From: Antedon mediterranea
Taxonomy: Eukaryota > Animalia > Echinodermata
Reading direction: 5' to 3'
DNA length: 64,000 nucleotides
Assembly (NCBI RefSeq): GCF_964355755.1
Contig: NC_092673.1
Coordinates: 15,596,948-15,660,947 of the forward strand
A program made the translations under genes and the position numbers. Position 1 is the stretch's first letter, and each line of letters begins with the position of its first letter. This document shows positions 62,407 through 64,000 of this stretch, piece by piece. The notes under the pieces were generated by a model. The model was given only the letters and a program-made list of their open reading frames with translations. It did no database searches and was not told the origin of the DNA.

Positions 62407-64000
62407 CAACTCATTTATCAACATTTCATGTAGTTCATGAACATTTCAAACAAAGCATCTTAATTATAGTTCATCGAATTCTAATTCTAATACATTGCCT
62501 GTTTTATACACCGTTCGTCTGTTCAACAGTTTAAACAACTGTTTTGCACACGATACGCCCGTTCGTGAGTTCAAACCATGATATTTGAAGCATCGACTTT
62601 CCAAATGCCGATTTTTCGCACCGAACGTATTTTCTTGAGTTAAAGTGGTTGCATTTCAATCACTTACTTTCGATTGGCCAGTATTACACACCGTTCGCTT
62701 GTTCGTGTTCAAACCATGATATTTGAAGCATCGACTTTCCAAACGGCGATTTTTCGCACCGAACGTATTTTCTTTAGTTAAAGTGGTTGCATTTCAATCA
62801 CCTACTTTCGATTGGCCAGTATTACACACCGTTCGCTTGTTCGTGATTTCATGTGATAACATTTCATTCGACAACTTTTCAAACGTTAGTTTTTGGCTCT
62901 GCTTACGTATATGTCAGTTGATATACTATTTTTTAATTTTCATACTTTCCATAGTCAGTTTTGTACATCATTCGCATTTACGCATGTAAAGTGTAGATAT
63001 TCCACTCGACAAGTTTTAAACGGTAGTTGTTCGCACATTTATTGTTTTATTGTTAAATTGTAACTGTTGGCGCCGATTTAATATTGAGGGGCGGGGGGGG
63101 GGGTGAATGTCAACTTTACGACTGTATGACACTTACTTAGGCCTAGGCCTACGTTACACACACAGGGAGATGTAAACTAATTTATAAATTTATTTTACAT
63201 CTCCCTGGTTACACACATTATCACAAACTTAAATAAAGAAAAAAAAAAACAGAATGAAATAATATAATTTAGCTTGTGGGCCTGTTACAATTAACATGTC
63301 CATTGTTCCTAAAATGTTCTCATCTTACGGTTGTGGTTGATTTAATATTACACACTACGGAAAAAAAACCCCTTTTTTGAGAGAGTGTAATTTCCGGACA
63401 TGTAGAGATACCATATTTAAAAATGTGTACTGTTCACATTCAGTACCGAACACCTCCCCCCCCCCCCCCAATATAAAATCGGCGCCAACAGTTACAATTT
63501 AACAATAAAAAAAAAACTACCGTTTTAAAACTTGTCGAGTGGAATATCTACACTTTACATGCGTAAATGCGAATGATGTACAAAACTGATGTATGGAAAG
63601 TATGAAAATTAAAAAATAGTATATCAATTGATATATACGTAAGCGGAGCCAAAAGCTAACGTTTGAAAAGTTGTCGAATGAAATGTTATCACATGAAATC
63701 ACGAACAAGCGAACGGTGTGTAATACTGGCCAATCAAAAGTAAGTGATTGAAATGCAACCACTTTAACTCAAGAAAATACGTTCGGTGCGAAAAATCGCT
63801 GTTTGGAAAGTCGATGCTTCAAATATCATGGTTTGAACTCACGAACGGGCGTATCGTGTGCAAAACAGTTGTTTAAACTGTTGAACAGATGAACGGTGTA
63901 TAAAACAGGCAATGTATTAGAATTAGAATTCGATGAACTATAATTAAGATGCTTTGTTTGAAATGTTCATGAACAACATGAAATGTTGATAAATGAGTTG
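62407..64000. repeat. Long inverted repeat: arms 62407-63104 and 63451-64000 (runs off the window), ~350-bp spacer
   Basis: Window end ...gataaatgagttg is the reverse complement of caactcatttatc at 62407; ORFs 62723+ and 63517- give near-identical translations. Confidence 0.92.

Noticed and set aside
62723-63762. Twin hydrophobic ORFs on opposite strands
   Set aside because: A by-product of the inverted repeat; frames diverge at the 3' end and there are no recognisable motifs.

Overview
AT-rich, intron-containing animal DNA, probably an invertebrate (echinoderm-like, a weak inference from the TAGGCCTA tracts and repeat content). The one recognisable host gene is B4GALT7 on the minus strand, with coding exons at 58398-57971, 55999-55788, 54682-54599, 41492-41388 and 40988-40824. 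Its ~13 kb third coding intron holds a same-strand nested gene that the ORF track shows only in fragments. I reconstructed it by hand from GT-AG sites: 15-17 exons encoding a short N-terminus, a coiled-coil rod built from tandemly duplicated symmetric phase-2 exons (mostly 28, 32 or 35 aa), and a compact non-RD, DMG-type protein kinase. It occurs three times (A 3783-10845, B 25053-29669, C 44014-49368) with 8, 8 and 10 repeat exons. Copy B is C-like on its left and A-like on its right, and the sequence between copies (a CR1 relic plus B4GALT7 exons 4-5) is duplicated. This fits either unequal crossover between A and C or a haplotype-switch misassembly. The rest is mobile DNA: two Crack/L2 LINEs, an L1/Tx1 3' end, CR1 and RTE fragments, a recent BEL/Pao element with an in-frame loss of RT/RNase H and TG...TA LTRs, a Penelope end with a hammerhead ribozyme, Helentron-like elements, several MITEs, a MITE-derived 124-bp satellite and a large inverted repeat at the window end.
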